A DNA stretch of 60,508 bases from Malacoraja senta. Its lineage: Eukaryota. Numbering within the stretch: the stretch's first letter is position 1; every line of letters starts with the position of its first letter. Both the position numbers and the translations under genes were made by a program. The notes beneath the pieces were generated by a model, which was not told where the DNA came from, did no database searches, and was given only the letters and a program-made list of their open reading frames with translations. Below are positions 1 through 10,198 of this stretch, one piece after another. The stretch lies in contig JAXLNO010004401.1 in the NCBI GenBank assembly GCA_038087875.1, positions 3,493 through 64,000 on the forward strand. Direction: 5' to 3'.

Positions 1-893
1 GACTTGGGGGCTCTGCCCTTGTTACAAGTGGGACGATGGGGAAGAGAGCAGTGTTACGGGGTATTGAAGAGACCCTGGTGAGAGCCTCATCTATAGTAGG
101 GGAGGGAACCCCCGTTCCCTGAAGAATTAGGACATTTCCGATGCCCTGTTGTGGAACACCTCATCCTGGGAGCAGATGCGGCGTAGACGGAGGAATTGGG
201 AGTAGGGGTTGGAGTCCTTACAGGAAGCAGGGTGGGAAGAAGTGTAGTCCAGAAAGCCATGGGAGTCAGTAGGTTTGTAAGTGGATGTCGGTCAGAAGTC
301 TATCACCTGCGATGGAGATAGTGAGGTCATGGAATGGTAGGGAAGTGTCGGAAATGGTCCAGGTGTATTTGAGTGCCGATGGAAGTAAGTGGTGAAGCGA
401 TGAAGTCAGTGAGTTGTGTGTGGGTGCAGGAGGTAGCACCAATGCAATCGTCGATGTAGCGGAGGTAGAGGTCGGGGATTGGGGCCCTGGTATGCCTCGT
501 ACAAGGATTGTTCGACGTAACCTACAAAGAGGCAGGCATAGCTGGGGCCTATGTACGTGCCCATAGCTACGCCTTGTATTTGGAGGAAATGGGAGGAGTC
601 AAACAAAAAGTTATTAAGGGTAAGGACCAGCTCCGCTAGGCGGAGGAGAGTATTTGTAGACGGGGATTGGTTGGTTCTCCGGTCGAGGAAGAACCAGAGG
701 GCTTTGAGACCCTCCTGGTGGGGGATGGAGGTGTAGAGTGACTGGACATCCATGGTGAAGATGAAGGGATGGGGCCTAGAGAATGGAATGCCCGGAGACG
801 TCGGAGAGTGTCTGAGGTGTCTTGAACATAGGTAGGGTGGGATTTAACCAGGCGGGATAGGATGGAGTCGAGGTATGTGGAAATAAGTTCGGT
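1..893 (-). mobile_element. Penelope-like element, reverse transcriptase remnant (frameshifted)
   Basis: Minus-strand translation gives DVQSLYTSIP, QIQGVAMGT..GPSYACLFVGYVE and a downstream YIDD, typical of Penelope-type RT; several frameshifts. Confidence 0.85.
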
Positions 894-894
894 A

Positions 895-1170
895 CCGCAA
901 GAGATGCTACACTTCTCACTCGTAACAAGGGCAGAATCCCCCTAGTCCTCAGCTTCCACCGCACTAACCGTCACATACAACAAATTGTCGCCACCTCCAA
1001 CGTGACCCCACCACTCGCCACATCTTCCCATCTCCCCCACTTTCTGCTTTCCGCAAACACCGCTCCCTCCGTAACTCCCTGGTCAATTCTTCCCTTCCCT
1101 CCCGCACCGCCCCCTCCCCCGGGCACTTTCCCTTGTAGCCGCAAGAGATTCTACACTTGTCAATAAACAC
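895..1170 (+). mobile_element. Penelope-like element post-RT fragment, inverted relative to 1-893
   Basis: Plus strand reads RNKGRIPLVLSFH...RDPTTRHIFPSPPLSAFRKHRSLRNSLV...PGTFPCSRKR, the linker between RT and the GIY-YIG region in this family. Confidence 0.7.
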
Positions 1171-1189
1171 TTTGTCTACAGGCAGCCTG

Positions 1190-1875
1190 CCATTGAAGTT
1201 AATGAGATTGAAGCCATTTTAGATGTGGCATTTCCCTGTGGAGCTGCAGGCGGCCATCTTGTTTACCGGCAGTCTGCTGTTGCAGTCCATTGACAGTGAA
1301 GCCCCGGGCGGCCATCTTAGCTACTGCAGTGTTCCATTGAAATCAATGGGAGTAAAGCCCAGGGAGGCGTCCATCTTTGGTCAAGGCAATGACATTGAAG
1401 TCAAAGGGACGTGATGTTCTGGGCGGCCATCTTTGTTACTGGCAGGGTTCCATTGAAGTCAATATGAGTGAAGCCCTGGACGGCCATCTTAGCTACTGGC
1501 AGCCTTCATTTTTTCTCTCTCTCTCTCTCACCCTCTCCCCTCCTCTGCCTTCCTCTTCTCCTTCCCTTCTCCCCTCTCTCCTTCTCTATCTCTTTTCCCT
1601 CTCCTCTCCAAGGAGGCGGCCATTTTTGGTCAGGGCACATTGAAGTCAATGGGAGGTGAGGCCAGGGGGCGGCCATATTTGATCAGGGCACTTCCATTTA
1701 AGGCAATGATGTGATGTCAGGGAGGCGGCTATCTTTGGTCAGGGCACTCCCATTGAAGTCAACGGGAGGTGAAGCCCAGGGTGGCGGCAGCCATCTTTGG
1801 TCAGGGCACTTCCATTGAAGTCAAAGGGAGATGAATCCCAGGGAGGCAGCCATCTTGACTGCTGGCACTCCCATT
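1190..1875. repeat. Degenerate ~55-60 bp tandem array alternating CCATTGAAGTCAATGG-like and GGCGGCCATCTT-like motifs
   Basis: About 10 GGCGGCCATCTT variants (e.g. 1249, 1307, 1366, 1422, 1479, 1615, 1668, 1724, 1786, 1845), most followed by a CATTGAAGTCAA variant; interrupted by a CT-rich tract at ~1510-1608. Confidence 0.85.
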
Positions 1876-2329
1876 GTAGTCACTTAAAAGGGGGAATAGC
1901 AGGGCTGCCAACATTGGGTGAGAGCTGAGAGTGAGAAATTGCGAGGGAGCGCAGCGACCGGGGGGGGTGAGGGTGTGGGAGGGGGTGTTGCCCCTCCCAC
2001 GGTTGGGGAGCTTTTGCATTTTTCAGCTGAAATTGTGCAATCTGGTGCATACTGTAGCGAAACTTTAACCTGCATTTGAATGCAACATTTATGCTTTGAA
2101 TTGGATTAGGTATGAATAAAGTTAGGCTAAATTACATTCCTAATTACATTCCACAATAGAGCCAGGCTCTGATCAGCAGGTGCAGCACATGAATGACTGT
2201 ATTCATATATGGAAATCGGATTATATTCATGCTGTTATTGTATATATATAGAGAACAATTCAGAGAAACAAAGCAAAAGTAGAACTTCCATCACTGTTCT
2301 GCACAAATAAATCAATCAACCTTGTTCAA

Positions 2330-2453
2330 GAAGGAACTACAGATGCTGGAGAATCGAAGGTAGACAAAATTGCTGGAGAAACTCAGCAGGTGCGGCAGCA
2401 TCTATGGAACGAAGGAAATAGGCAACGTTTCGGGCCGAAACCCTTCTTCAGAC
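2330..2453 (-). ncRNA. Penelope-terminal-type repeat with minimal hammerhead ribozyme core
   Basis: Minus strand CTGAAGA-AGGGTTTCGGCCC-GAAAC-GTT (2424-2451): CUGANGA, stem II and GAAAC followed by an NUH triplet. Confidence 0.65.
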
Positions 2454-2558
2454 GGTTTCAACCTTACCCTTTGAATATAGAAACAAGACGAAAATAATGC
2501 CACATATTCAACCATATATGGTCAATGAAATTAATAAATATATGTAAAAATATATATG

Positions 2559-2762
2559 GAAACAGGCCCTTCCACCCAGAAAGTCCACACCGCCCAGCAA
2601 TCTATCATACACCAATTCCATCCATCATACAGGGACAATTTACAGAAGCCAATTAACCTACAAACCTGCACTTCTTTTGGATATGGGAGAAACCGGAATA
2701 TCCAGAGAAAACCCATGTGGTAGTAAGGCAGCAACTCTACCACTGCGCCACCGTGCCACCCC
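2559..2762 (-). mobile_element. tRNA-derived SINE (HE1/V-SINE-like), partial
   Basis: Minus strand GGCACGGTGGCGCAGTGGTAGAGTTGCTGCCTTAC head and GGTTTCTCCCATATCCAAAAGAAGTGCAGGTTTGTAGGTTAATTGG core. Confidence 0.8.
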
Positions 2763-3146
2763 ATTACATTATTTTTTCTGTAATATATTTATTATGGTGT
2801 CACGTGAATAAAGATGAACACATGATTCTGATTTCTGCCCTTAGTTGGATAACACACAGATCCAGTCATTGTGTTTTATGGCTGGTTTCAATCTCTTCAG
2901 GCTGAAGGTCTCGACTCGAAACATCACCCATTATTTCTCTCCAGAGATGCTGGCTGTCCTGTTGAGTTTTTCTAGTTATTAGTGTCTATCTTCAGTTTAA
3001 ACCAGCATCAGCAATTCCTTCCAACACTATTTGTTAATCAAAACAGGCCCTATTCTCATTATATAATTTTGTGATCAGCGTGAGAACATGAAAGTTTTGT
3101 CAAATGCGTGAGTCTCACGCTCAATGCGTGAGAGTTGGCAGCCCTG

Positions 3147-3582
3147 CGCACACACACACACACAGGGAGACACACATACACACAGGGTGACACACATACA
3201 GGGAGACACACACACACAGGGAGATACACACACACACACAGGGATACACACACACAGGGAGACACACAAACACGCACACACACACAGGGAGACACACACA
3301 CACACACAGGGAGACACACACNNNNNNNNNNNNNNNNNNNNNNNNNNNNNNNNNNNNNNNNNNNNNNNNNNNNNNNNNNNNNNNNNNNNNNNNNNNNNNN
3401 NNNNNNNNNNNNNNNNNNNNNNNNNNNNNNNNNNNNNNNNNNNNNNNNNNNNNNNNNNNNNNNNNNNNNNNNNNNNNNNNNNNNNNNNNNNNNNNNNNNN
3501 NNNNNNNNNNNNNNNNNNNNNNNNNNNNNNNNNNNNNNNNGAGACACACACAGGGAGACAGACACACAAGCACACACACACA
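3147..3582. repeat. (CA)n-GGGAGA minisatellite spanning an assembly gap (N 3322-3540)
   Basis: Repeated cacacagggaga units on both sides of the N run. Confidence 0.95.
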
Positions 3583-4251
3583 TCTTGTCTTCCCCCTCCC
3601 TCCATCCTCCCCTTCCTCCCTCCTGCCCCCATCCTTCCCTCTTTCCTCCCCCTCCCTCTTTCTCCACTTTCTCCTTTCCTTCCTTCATCCCCTTTCTACA
3701 TTCCCCATGTCTCGCTTTGCCTCCATCCCTCCCTGTTTTTCTTTCCCTCTCTCTCTCTCTCTCTTCCCCCCCCCCTCCCTCTCTCTCCCCGGCCGCCCAA
3801 TGGGGAGTCTGGCGGGCACGGTGTAGCGCGGATTGGCGTGTGAGTTGAAGGGCAGGAGGGAGGGAGGGAGGGAGGGAGCGAGGCTGCAGCGGCGGCCGGC
3901 AGCGCAGCGCTCACAGCCGGCACAGAGAGCTGCTGACACCCGGCGGCTGCAAATCCAACCAAGAGAGAGGAGACGCGACGTCACTCACAGCCGGCAACAG
4001 ACGCGCTTCCCAGACCGTGCAGATCCCTGGCTCGCGGCGCAAAGGGACAAACTGTGCAGGGACTGAACTCAGCGTGAGAACTCGGTCATGAGCGTGAGGG
4101 CGTGAGAATTTGCTCCAAGGCGTGATTCTCACGCTGAAAGCGTGAGAGTTGGCAGCCCTGTATAATCGGCATGTAAGCAAGGCAATGTGACTTCAATATG
4201 CATGTGAGGATTTCAATGCATGTAGATTGGGGAAATCAGGTTGGTACTGGA

Positions 4252-4686
4252 ACAGAGGTCCGAAAGCCGTTGGAGAGGTCGCTGAGGGAGGAGCTACAAC
4301 CGAGCGGTAGGACTTAAAAAGGAGCGCGGGGGCTTGTTCCTTACAGAGGTCCGAAAGCCGTTGGAGAGGTCGCTGAGGGAGGAGCTACAACCGAGCGGTA
4401 GGACTTAAAAAGGAGCGCGGGGGCTTGTTCCTTACAGAGGTCCGAAAGCCGTTGGAGAGGTCGCTGAGGGAGGAGCTACAACCGAGCGGTAGGACTTAAA
4501 AAGGAGCGCGGGGCTTGTTCCTTACAGAGGTCCGAAAGCCGTTGGAGAGGTCGCTGAGGGAGGAGCTACAACCGAGCGGTAGGACTTAAAAAGGAGCGCG
4601 GGGCTTGTTCCTTACAGAGGTCCGAAAGCCGTTGGAGAGGTCGCTGAGGGAGGAGCTACAACCGAGCGGTAGGACTTAAAAAGGAG
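4252..4686 (+). repeat. CR1 5'UTR monomer array, ~4.8 near-identical 90-91 bp units
   Basis: Units start at 4252, 4343, 4434, 4524 and 4614 and differ only in the length of a G run. Confidence 0.95.
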
Positions 4687-4737
4687 TACCCAAATCGGCA
4701 ACGTTCCACTTCAAAAACAAGTGGGTTTGAGGAAGCC

Positions 4738-4800
4738 GCTGATTGGTGGACGCAGATAAGAGAGAGCAGCTGATTGGGAGTCAGATCCCTGCTGATTGTA
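4738..4800 (+). promoter_or_regulatory. Inverted CCAAT (NF-Y-like) boxes in the CR1 5'UTR
   Basis: GCTGATTGG at 4738 and 4769 (31 bp apart) plus GCTGATTGT at 4791; the reverse complement is CCAATCAGC. Confidence 0.45.
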
Positions 4801-4935
4801 CTGTATTGTAGCAGTTTGTTTTGTATTGTAGCAGTTTGTTTTGTATTGTAGCAGTTTGTTTTGTATTGTAGCAGTTTGTTTTGTATTGTAGCAGTTTGTT
4901 TTGTATTCTATCAGTTTGTTTTATATTCTATCCAG
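4801..4935 (+). repeat. 20-bp tandem repeat (TTGTATTGTAGCAGTTTGTT) ending in a 3' splice-site-like TATTCTATCCAG
   Basis: Five near-perfect units plus about two degenerate units; the AG at 4934-4935 lies 12 nt before the ORF1 ATG. Confidence 0.9.
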
Positions 4936-4947
4936 GGTAAGGGGAGT

Positions 4948-5883
4948 ATGACGGCCAGGGCAGTTTACTGTTCTGGATGTCAGATGTGGGAAGTCATGGA
5001 GTCTGTTAGCCCTCCAGACGTCCACATCTGCGCCAGGTGTATCGAGATGGGGCTCCTAATGGACCGTATTAGGAACCTGGAGCAGCAGCTCGATGACCTC
5101 CGTCTGGTCAGGGAGAGCGAGGAAGTCATTGAGAGGAGTTACAGGGATGTGGTCACTCCAACACCACAGGAGGCAGGCAAGTGGATCACGGTTGGGAGAG
5201 GCAAGGGGCACAGGCAGGGACTAGAGAGTACCCCGGTGGCTGTACACCTTGACAATAAGTACTCCTGTTTGAGCACTGTTGGGGTGGACAGCCTACCTGG
5301 GGGTAGCGACAGCGGCCGGGCCTCCGGTATAGAGACCGGTCCTGTTGCTCAGAAGGGTAAGGAAAAGAAGAGGAGGGCAATATTAATAGGGGACTCTATA
5401 GTTAGGGGGTCAGACAGGCGATTCTGTGGACGCAGTCGGGAGACCCGGATGGTAGTTTGCCTCCCTGGTGCCAGGGTCTGTGATGTGTCCCAACGTGTCC
5501 AAGACATCCTGAAAGGGCAGGGAGAGGAGCCCGAGGTCGTGATACATATAGGTACCAATGACATAGGTAAAAAAAGAGAAGAGGTCCTGAAAGGAGAATT
5601 TAGGGAGTTAGGAGGGGAGTTAAAGAGAAGGACAGCAAAGGTAACAATCTCGGGATTACTGCCTGTACCACGCGACAGTGAGAGTAGGAATGGAGCGAGG
5701 TGGAGGATAAATGCGTGGCTGAAGGACTGGTGCAGAAGGCAGGGATTCAAATTTCTGGATCATTGGGACTTCTTTTGTGGAAGGTTCGACCTGTACAAAA
5801 AGGATGGGTTGCACTTGAACCTGAGGGGGACCGATATCCTGGCGGGGAGATCTGCAAAGGCTACTGGGGAGACTTTAAACTAG
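4948..5883 (+). CDS. CR1 ORF1: Cys zinc finger, coiled coil and SGNH esterase domain (311 aa from MTARAV)
   Basis: CSGC...CARC, heptad segment, then GDSIVRG, LPGA, HIGTND and DGLHLN esterase blocks; no stops. Confidence 0.92.
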   Translation: MTARAVYCSGCQMWEVMESVSPPDVHICARCIEMGLLMDRIRNLEQQLDDLRLVRESEEVIERSYRDVVTPTPQEAGKWITVGRGKGHRQGLESTPVAVHLDNKYSCLSTVGVDSLPGGSDSGRASGIETGPVAQKGKEKKRRAILIGDSIVRGSDRRFCGRSRETRMVVCLPGARVCDVSQRVQDILKGQGEEPEVVIHIGTNDIGKKREEVLKGEFRELGGELKRRTAKVTISGLLPVPRDSESRNGARWRINAWLKDWCRRQGFKFLDHWDFFCGRFDLYKKDGLHLNLRGTDILAGRSAKATGETLN

Positions 5884-8800
5884 AATGGTTGGGGGGAGGG
5901 ACTCAAATAGAGAATGCTATTAGACAGTGTGTGAGGCAGGAGGCAGAGAAGGAAAGCACTCAGACCCAACATGTAGGGGGGAAAGAAGAAAACAATAATA
6001 AACAGAGAATAAGAGGTGGTGGGGTTCTTAAATGGGTGAGCAGAGAAACAGAGGGGTGTAAAATGCGGGCGGAAGCAATAGGTAGCAAGGTGAAAGGTAA
6101 AAGTGGCAGGCAGACAAATCCAGGACAAAAATCAAAAAGAGCCACTTTTCAACATAATTGTATAAGGGGTAAGAGCGTTGTAAAAACAAGTCTGAAGGCT
6201 TTGTGTCTCAATGCAAGGAGCATTCGTAATAAGGTGGATGAGTTGAACGTGCAGATAGCAATTAATGATTATGATATAGTTGGGATCACGGAGACATGGC
6301 TCCAAGGTGACCAAGGCTGGGAGCTGAACATCCAGGGATATTCAATATTCAGGAGGGATAGAGAGAAAGGAAAAGGAGGTGGGGTGGCGTTGCTGGTTAG
6401 AGAGGAGATTAACGCAGTGGAAAGGAAGGACATTAGCTTGGAGGATGTGGAATCGGTATGGGTAGAGCTGCGAAACACTAAGGGGCAGAAAACGCTGGTG
6501 GGCGTTGTGTACAGGCCACCTAGCAGTAGTAGTGAAGTTGGGGATGGCATCAAACAGGAAATTAGAAATGCGTGCAACAAAGGCAAAACAGTTATAATGG
6601 GTGACTTCAATCTACATATAGATTGGGTGAATCAAATTGGCAGGGGTGCTGAGGAAGAGGATTTCTTGGAATGTATGAGGGATAGTTATCTAAACCAACA
6701 TGTAGAGGAACCAACGAGAGAGCAGGCTATTCTAGACTGGGTATTGAGTAATGAGGAAGGGTTAGTTAGCAGACTTGTTGTGCGTGCCCCCTTGGGCAAG
6801 AGTGATCATAATATGGTTGAGTTCTTCATTAGGATGGAGAGTGACATTGTTAATTCAGAAACAACGGTTCTGAACTTAAAGAAAGGTAACTTTGAGGGTA
6901 TGAGACATGAATTGGCCAAGATTGACTGGCAATTAGTTCTAAAAGGGTTGACGGTGGATATGCAATGGAAGGCATTTAAAGACTGCATGGATGAACTACA
7001 AAAATTGTTCATCCCAGTTTGGCAAAAGAATAAATCAAGGAAGGTAGTGCATCCGTGGATAACAAGGGAAATCAGGGATAGTATCAAAGCAAAAGATGAT
7101 GCGTACAAATTAGCCAGAAAAAGCAGCATACCAGAGGACTGGGAGAAATTCAGAGACCCGCAGAGGAGGACAAAGGGCTTAATTAGGAAAGGGAAAATAG
7201 ATTATGAAAGGAAACTGGCAGGGAACATAAAAACTGACTGCAAAAGTTTTTATAGATATGTGAAGAGAAAGAGATTAGTTAAATCAAATGTAGGTCCCTT
7301 GCAGTCAGAAACAGGTGAATTGATCATGGGGAACAAGGATATGGCAGACCAATTGAATAACTACTTTGGTTCCGTCTTCACTAAGGAAGACATAAATAAT
7401 CTGCCGGAAATAGCAGGGGGCCGCGGGTCAAAGGAGATGGAGGAACTGAGTGAAATCCAGGTTAGTCGGGAAGTGGTGTTGGGTAAATTGAATGGATTAA
7501 AGGCCGATAAATCACCAGGGCCAGATAGGCTGCATCCCAGAGTACTTAAGGAAGTAGCTCCAGAAATAGTGGATGCATTAGTGATAATTTTTCAAAACTC
7601 TTTAGATTCTGGAGTAGTTCCTGAGGATTGGAGGGTAGCAAACGTAACCCCACTTTTTAAGAAGGGAGGGAGAGAGAAAACGGGGAATTACAGACCAGTT
7701 AGTCTAACATCGGTAGTGGGGAAACTGCTAGAGTCAGTTATTAAAGAGGGGATAGCAGCACATTTGGAAAGTGGTGAAATCATTGGACAAAGTCAGCATG
7801 GATTTACGAAAGGTAAATCGTGTCTGACGAATCTTATAGAATTTTTCGAGGATGTAACTAGTAGAGTGGATAGGGGAGAACCAGTGGATGTGTTGTATCT
7901 GGACTTTCAGAAGGCTTTCGACAAGGTACCACATAAGAGATTAGGATACAAACTTAAATCACACGGTATTGGGGGTTCAGTATTGATGTGGATAGAGAAC
8001 TGGCTGGCAAACAGGAAGCAAAGAGTAGGAGTAAACGGGTCCTTTTCACAATGGCAGGCAGTGACTAGTGGGGTACCACAAGGCTCAGTGCTGGGACCCC
8101 AGCTATTTACAATTTATATTAATGATCTGGACGAGGGAATTGAAAGCAACATCTCCAAGTTTGCGGATGACACTAAGCTGGGGGGCAGTGTTAGCTGTGA
8201 GGAGGATGCTAGGAGACTGCAAGGTGACTTGGATAGGCTGGGTGAGTGGGCAAATGTTTGGCAGATGCAGTATAATGTGGATAAATGTGAGGTTATCCAC
8301 TTTGGTAGCAAAAACGGGAAGGCAGACTATTATCTAAATGGTGGCCGATTAGGAAATGGGGAGATGCAGCGAGACCTGGGTGTCATGGTACACCAGTCAT
8401 TGAAAGTAGGCATGCAGGTGCAGCAGGCAGTGAAGAAAGCGAATGGTATGTTGGCCTTCATAGCAAGAGGATTTGAGTATAGGAGCAGTGAGGTTCTACT
8501 GCAGTTGTACAGGGTCTTGGTGAGACCACACCTGGAGTATTGCGTACAGTTTTGGTCTCCAAATCTGAGGAAGGACATTATAGCCATAGAGGGAGTGCAG
8601 AGAAGGTTCACCAGACTGATTCCTGGGATGTCAGGACTTTCATATGAAGAAAGACTGGATAGACTTGGCTTATACTCGCTAGAATTTAGGAGATTGAGAG
8701 GGGATCTTATAGAAACGTACAAGATTCTTATGGGGTTGGACAGGCTAGATGCAGGAAGATTGTTCCCGATGTTGGGGAAGTCCAGGACAAGGGGTCACAG

Positions 8801-8999
8801 CTTAAGGATAAGGGGAAAATCCTTTAAGACCGAGATGAGGAAAAACTTTTTCACACAGAGAGTGGTGAATCTCTGGAACTCTCTGCCACAGAGGGTAGTT
8901 GAGGCCAGTTCATTGGCTATATTTAAGAGGGAATTAGATGTGGCCCTTGTGGCTAAAGGGATCAGGGGGTATGGAGAGAAGGCAGGTACGGGATACTGA
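5874..8999 (+). CDS. CR1 ORF2: AP endonuclease plus reverse transcriptase (start uncertain: -1 frameshift at 5874 or ATG at 6063)
   Basis: NARS, ITETWL, VYRPP, GDFN, SDHN (APE); KSPGPD, FQKAFDKV, GVPQGSVLGP, FADD (RT). The frame is open from at least 5700 to the TGA at 8999. Confidence 0.95.
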   Translation, partial: FKLEWLGGGTQIENAIRQCVRQEAEKESTQTQHVGGKEENNNKQRIRGGGVLKWVSRETEGCKMRAEAIGSKVKGKSGRQTNPGQKSKRATFQHNCIRGKSVVKTSLKALCLNARSIRNKVDELNVQIAINDYDIVGITETWLQGDQGWELNIQGYSIFRRDREKGKGGGVALLVREEINAVERKDISLEDVESVWVELRNTKGQKTLVGVVYRPPSSSSEVGDGIKQEIRNACNKGKTVIMGDFNLHIDWVNQIGRGAEEEDFLECMRDSYLNQHVEEPTREQAILDWVLSNEEGLVSRLVVRAPLGKSDHNMVEFFIRMESDIVNSETTVLNLKKGNFEGMRHELAKIDWQLVLKGLTVDMQWKAFKDCMDELQKLFIPVWQKNKSRKVVHPWITREIRDSIKAKDDAYKLARKSSIPEDWEKFRDPQRRTKGLIRKGKIDYERKLAGNIKTDCKSFYRYVKRKRLVKSNVGPLQSETGELIMGNKDMADQLNNYFGSVFTKEDINNLPEIAGGRGSKEMEELSEIQVSREVVLGKLNGLKADKSPGPDRLHPRVLKEVAPEIVDALVIIFQNSLDSGVVPEDWRVANVTPLFKKGGREKTGNYRPVSLTSVVGKLLESVIKEGIAAHLESGEIIGQSQHGFTKGKSCLTNLIEFFEDVTSRVDRGEPVDVLYLDFQKAFDKVPHKRLGYKLKSHGIGGSVLMWIENWLANRKQRVGVNGSFSQWQAVTSGVPQGSVLGPQLFTIYINDLDEGIESNISKFADDTKLGGSVSCEEDARRLQGDLDRLGEWANVWQMQYNVDKCEVIHFGSKNGKADYYLNGGRLGNGEMQRDLGVMVHQSLKVGMQVQQAVKKANGMLAFIARGFEYRSSEVLLQLYRVLVRPHLEYCVQFWSPNLRKDIIAIEGVQRRFTRLIPGMSGLSYEERLDRLGLYSLEFRRLRGDLIETYKILMGLDRLDAGRLFPMLGKSRTRGHSLRIRGKSFKTEMRKNFFTQRVVNLWNSLPQRVVEASSLAIFKRELDVALVAKGIRGYGEKAGTGY

Positions 9000-10198
9000 G
9001 TTGGATGATCAGCCATGATCGTATTGAATGGCGGTGCAGGCTCGAAGGGCCGAATGGCCTACTCCTGCACCTAATTTCTATGTATCTATGTATGTATCTA
9101 TTAGAATTATCGCAGAGGTGTGACATCCTACGTTAGTGCTGATGTCTACAGATGTGAACTTTAATTCACAAACAACTTACTTTCTGTTCAGATTGCCAGC
9201 CTGCATTATCCTGCTAGTTGTGACTTCATTGAGTGCTGGCAGTTGTGACATTGAACAATTGTGCTGAAGTATCTTTTTTAAGATTTTTGTCATTAAAATC
9301 TTTGGGTCTAAAGCCAAACAGCTGTTAGTAAAGGCACCACACATAATCCTCATAATCAACACTAAACACTGAAGGCAACCATTGATGGTGACATGAATCT
9401 TTGTTCACCAAAATCAAAGCATCATCAACTGTCACAAAACAAGATGGAGAAACGCAAAAGATTGCAGTTGCTTCAAATCGTGCAAATACGAGCATTTGGA
9501 ATATCCATTTCCTGACATGCAATTCACAACAGGCAATTGCCTAGGGCCCAACACGTTCATCATTATAGGAGCAGAATCAGGCCATTCGGCCCATCAAATA
9601 CCACTCCGCCATTCAATAATGGCTGAACTACCTTTCTCCCAACCCATTCTCCCCTCTAGATAGAGTAACAGCATAGCAGTGAACAAAGGAACAGAAGGGA
9701 AAGGACACAATGTGTTGGAGAAACTCAGTCTGAACTGAAGAAGGGTCCCAAGCCAAAACAACGCCTCATTTGCTCCAGAGATGCTTCCTGGCCTGCTGGT
9801 TTACTCCAGCATTTTGTCCCCTTTAGTGTATTAACCAGCATCTACAGTTTCTTGTTTCTACAAAGGAACAGAAACAATTGATTCATGGTCAACTATAAAA
9901 GTCAGAGAACAGCACAAATTCAATGTTTCCAAAAATGGGTGAACTACTTGAAGCCCTGTGTAGACAGAAAGTCAACGGCTTGTTTCACACAAATACAGGG
10001 AACCACAGTCATGCCACTGAAAACAAGTAGTGTGGACAGTATTGCTTCTTCAGATAGATAAACTGTCAAGCACACCAGTGTTGCTTTCAGCAATCCAATC
10101 CTTGTGATGAGATTGTTTTCACTCTTTTCAAAGAATCCATTCAAAGAAGTCCTACAGTTCCAGCTTACAGTTAAATACAAGCAAAACTTTGCAACAGA

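Larger units (their letters stand above)
1900..4160. mobile_element. Non-autonomous DNA transposon (hAT-like) termini: one left end, two right ends
   Basis: CAGGGCTGCCAAC at 1900; its reverse complement GTTGGCAGCCCTG at 3134-3146 and 4148-4160, each preceded by GCGTGAG subterminal repeats. No matching TSD found. Confidence 0.55.
4252..9100 (+). mobile_element. Full-length CR1-clade LINE with two intact ORFs
   Basis: Tandem 5'UTR, esterase ORF1, APE-RT ORF2, CR1-type 3'UTR (GGGCCGAATGGCC hairpin) and an ATGT-type microsatellite tail ending ~9100. The 5' boundary is approximate. Confidence 0.95.

Noticed and set aside
2820-2905. Possible signal-peptide exon for the MHC-like gene
   Set aside because: No good donor site, weak hydrophobicity, and it lies inside a transposon-bounded region.
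3059-3848. Several 150-240 aa ORFs on both strands
   Set aside because: They are translations of the CA/GA minisatellite and an N run; low complexity, not genes.
4252-4686. CRISPR-like regular repeats
   Set aside because: The units are contiguous and near-identical with no unique spacers; the context is eukaryotic LINE 5'UTR.
5186-8722. Numerous minus-strand ORFs within the CR1
   Set aside because: Antisense shadows of the intact ORF1/ORF2.
9940-10070. KWVNYLKPC resembling the end of an MHC alpha2 domain
   Set aside because: The rest of the frame lacks alpha2 motifs, ends in a stop and has no suitable splice sites.
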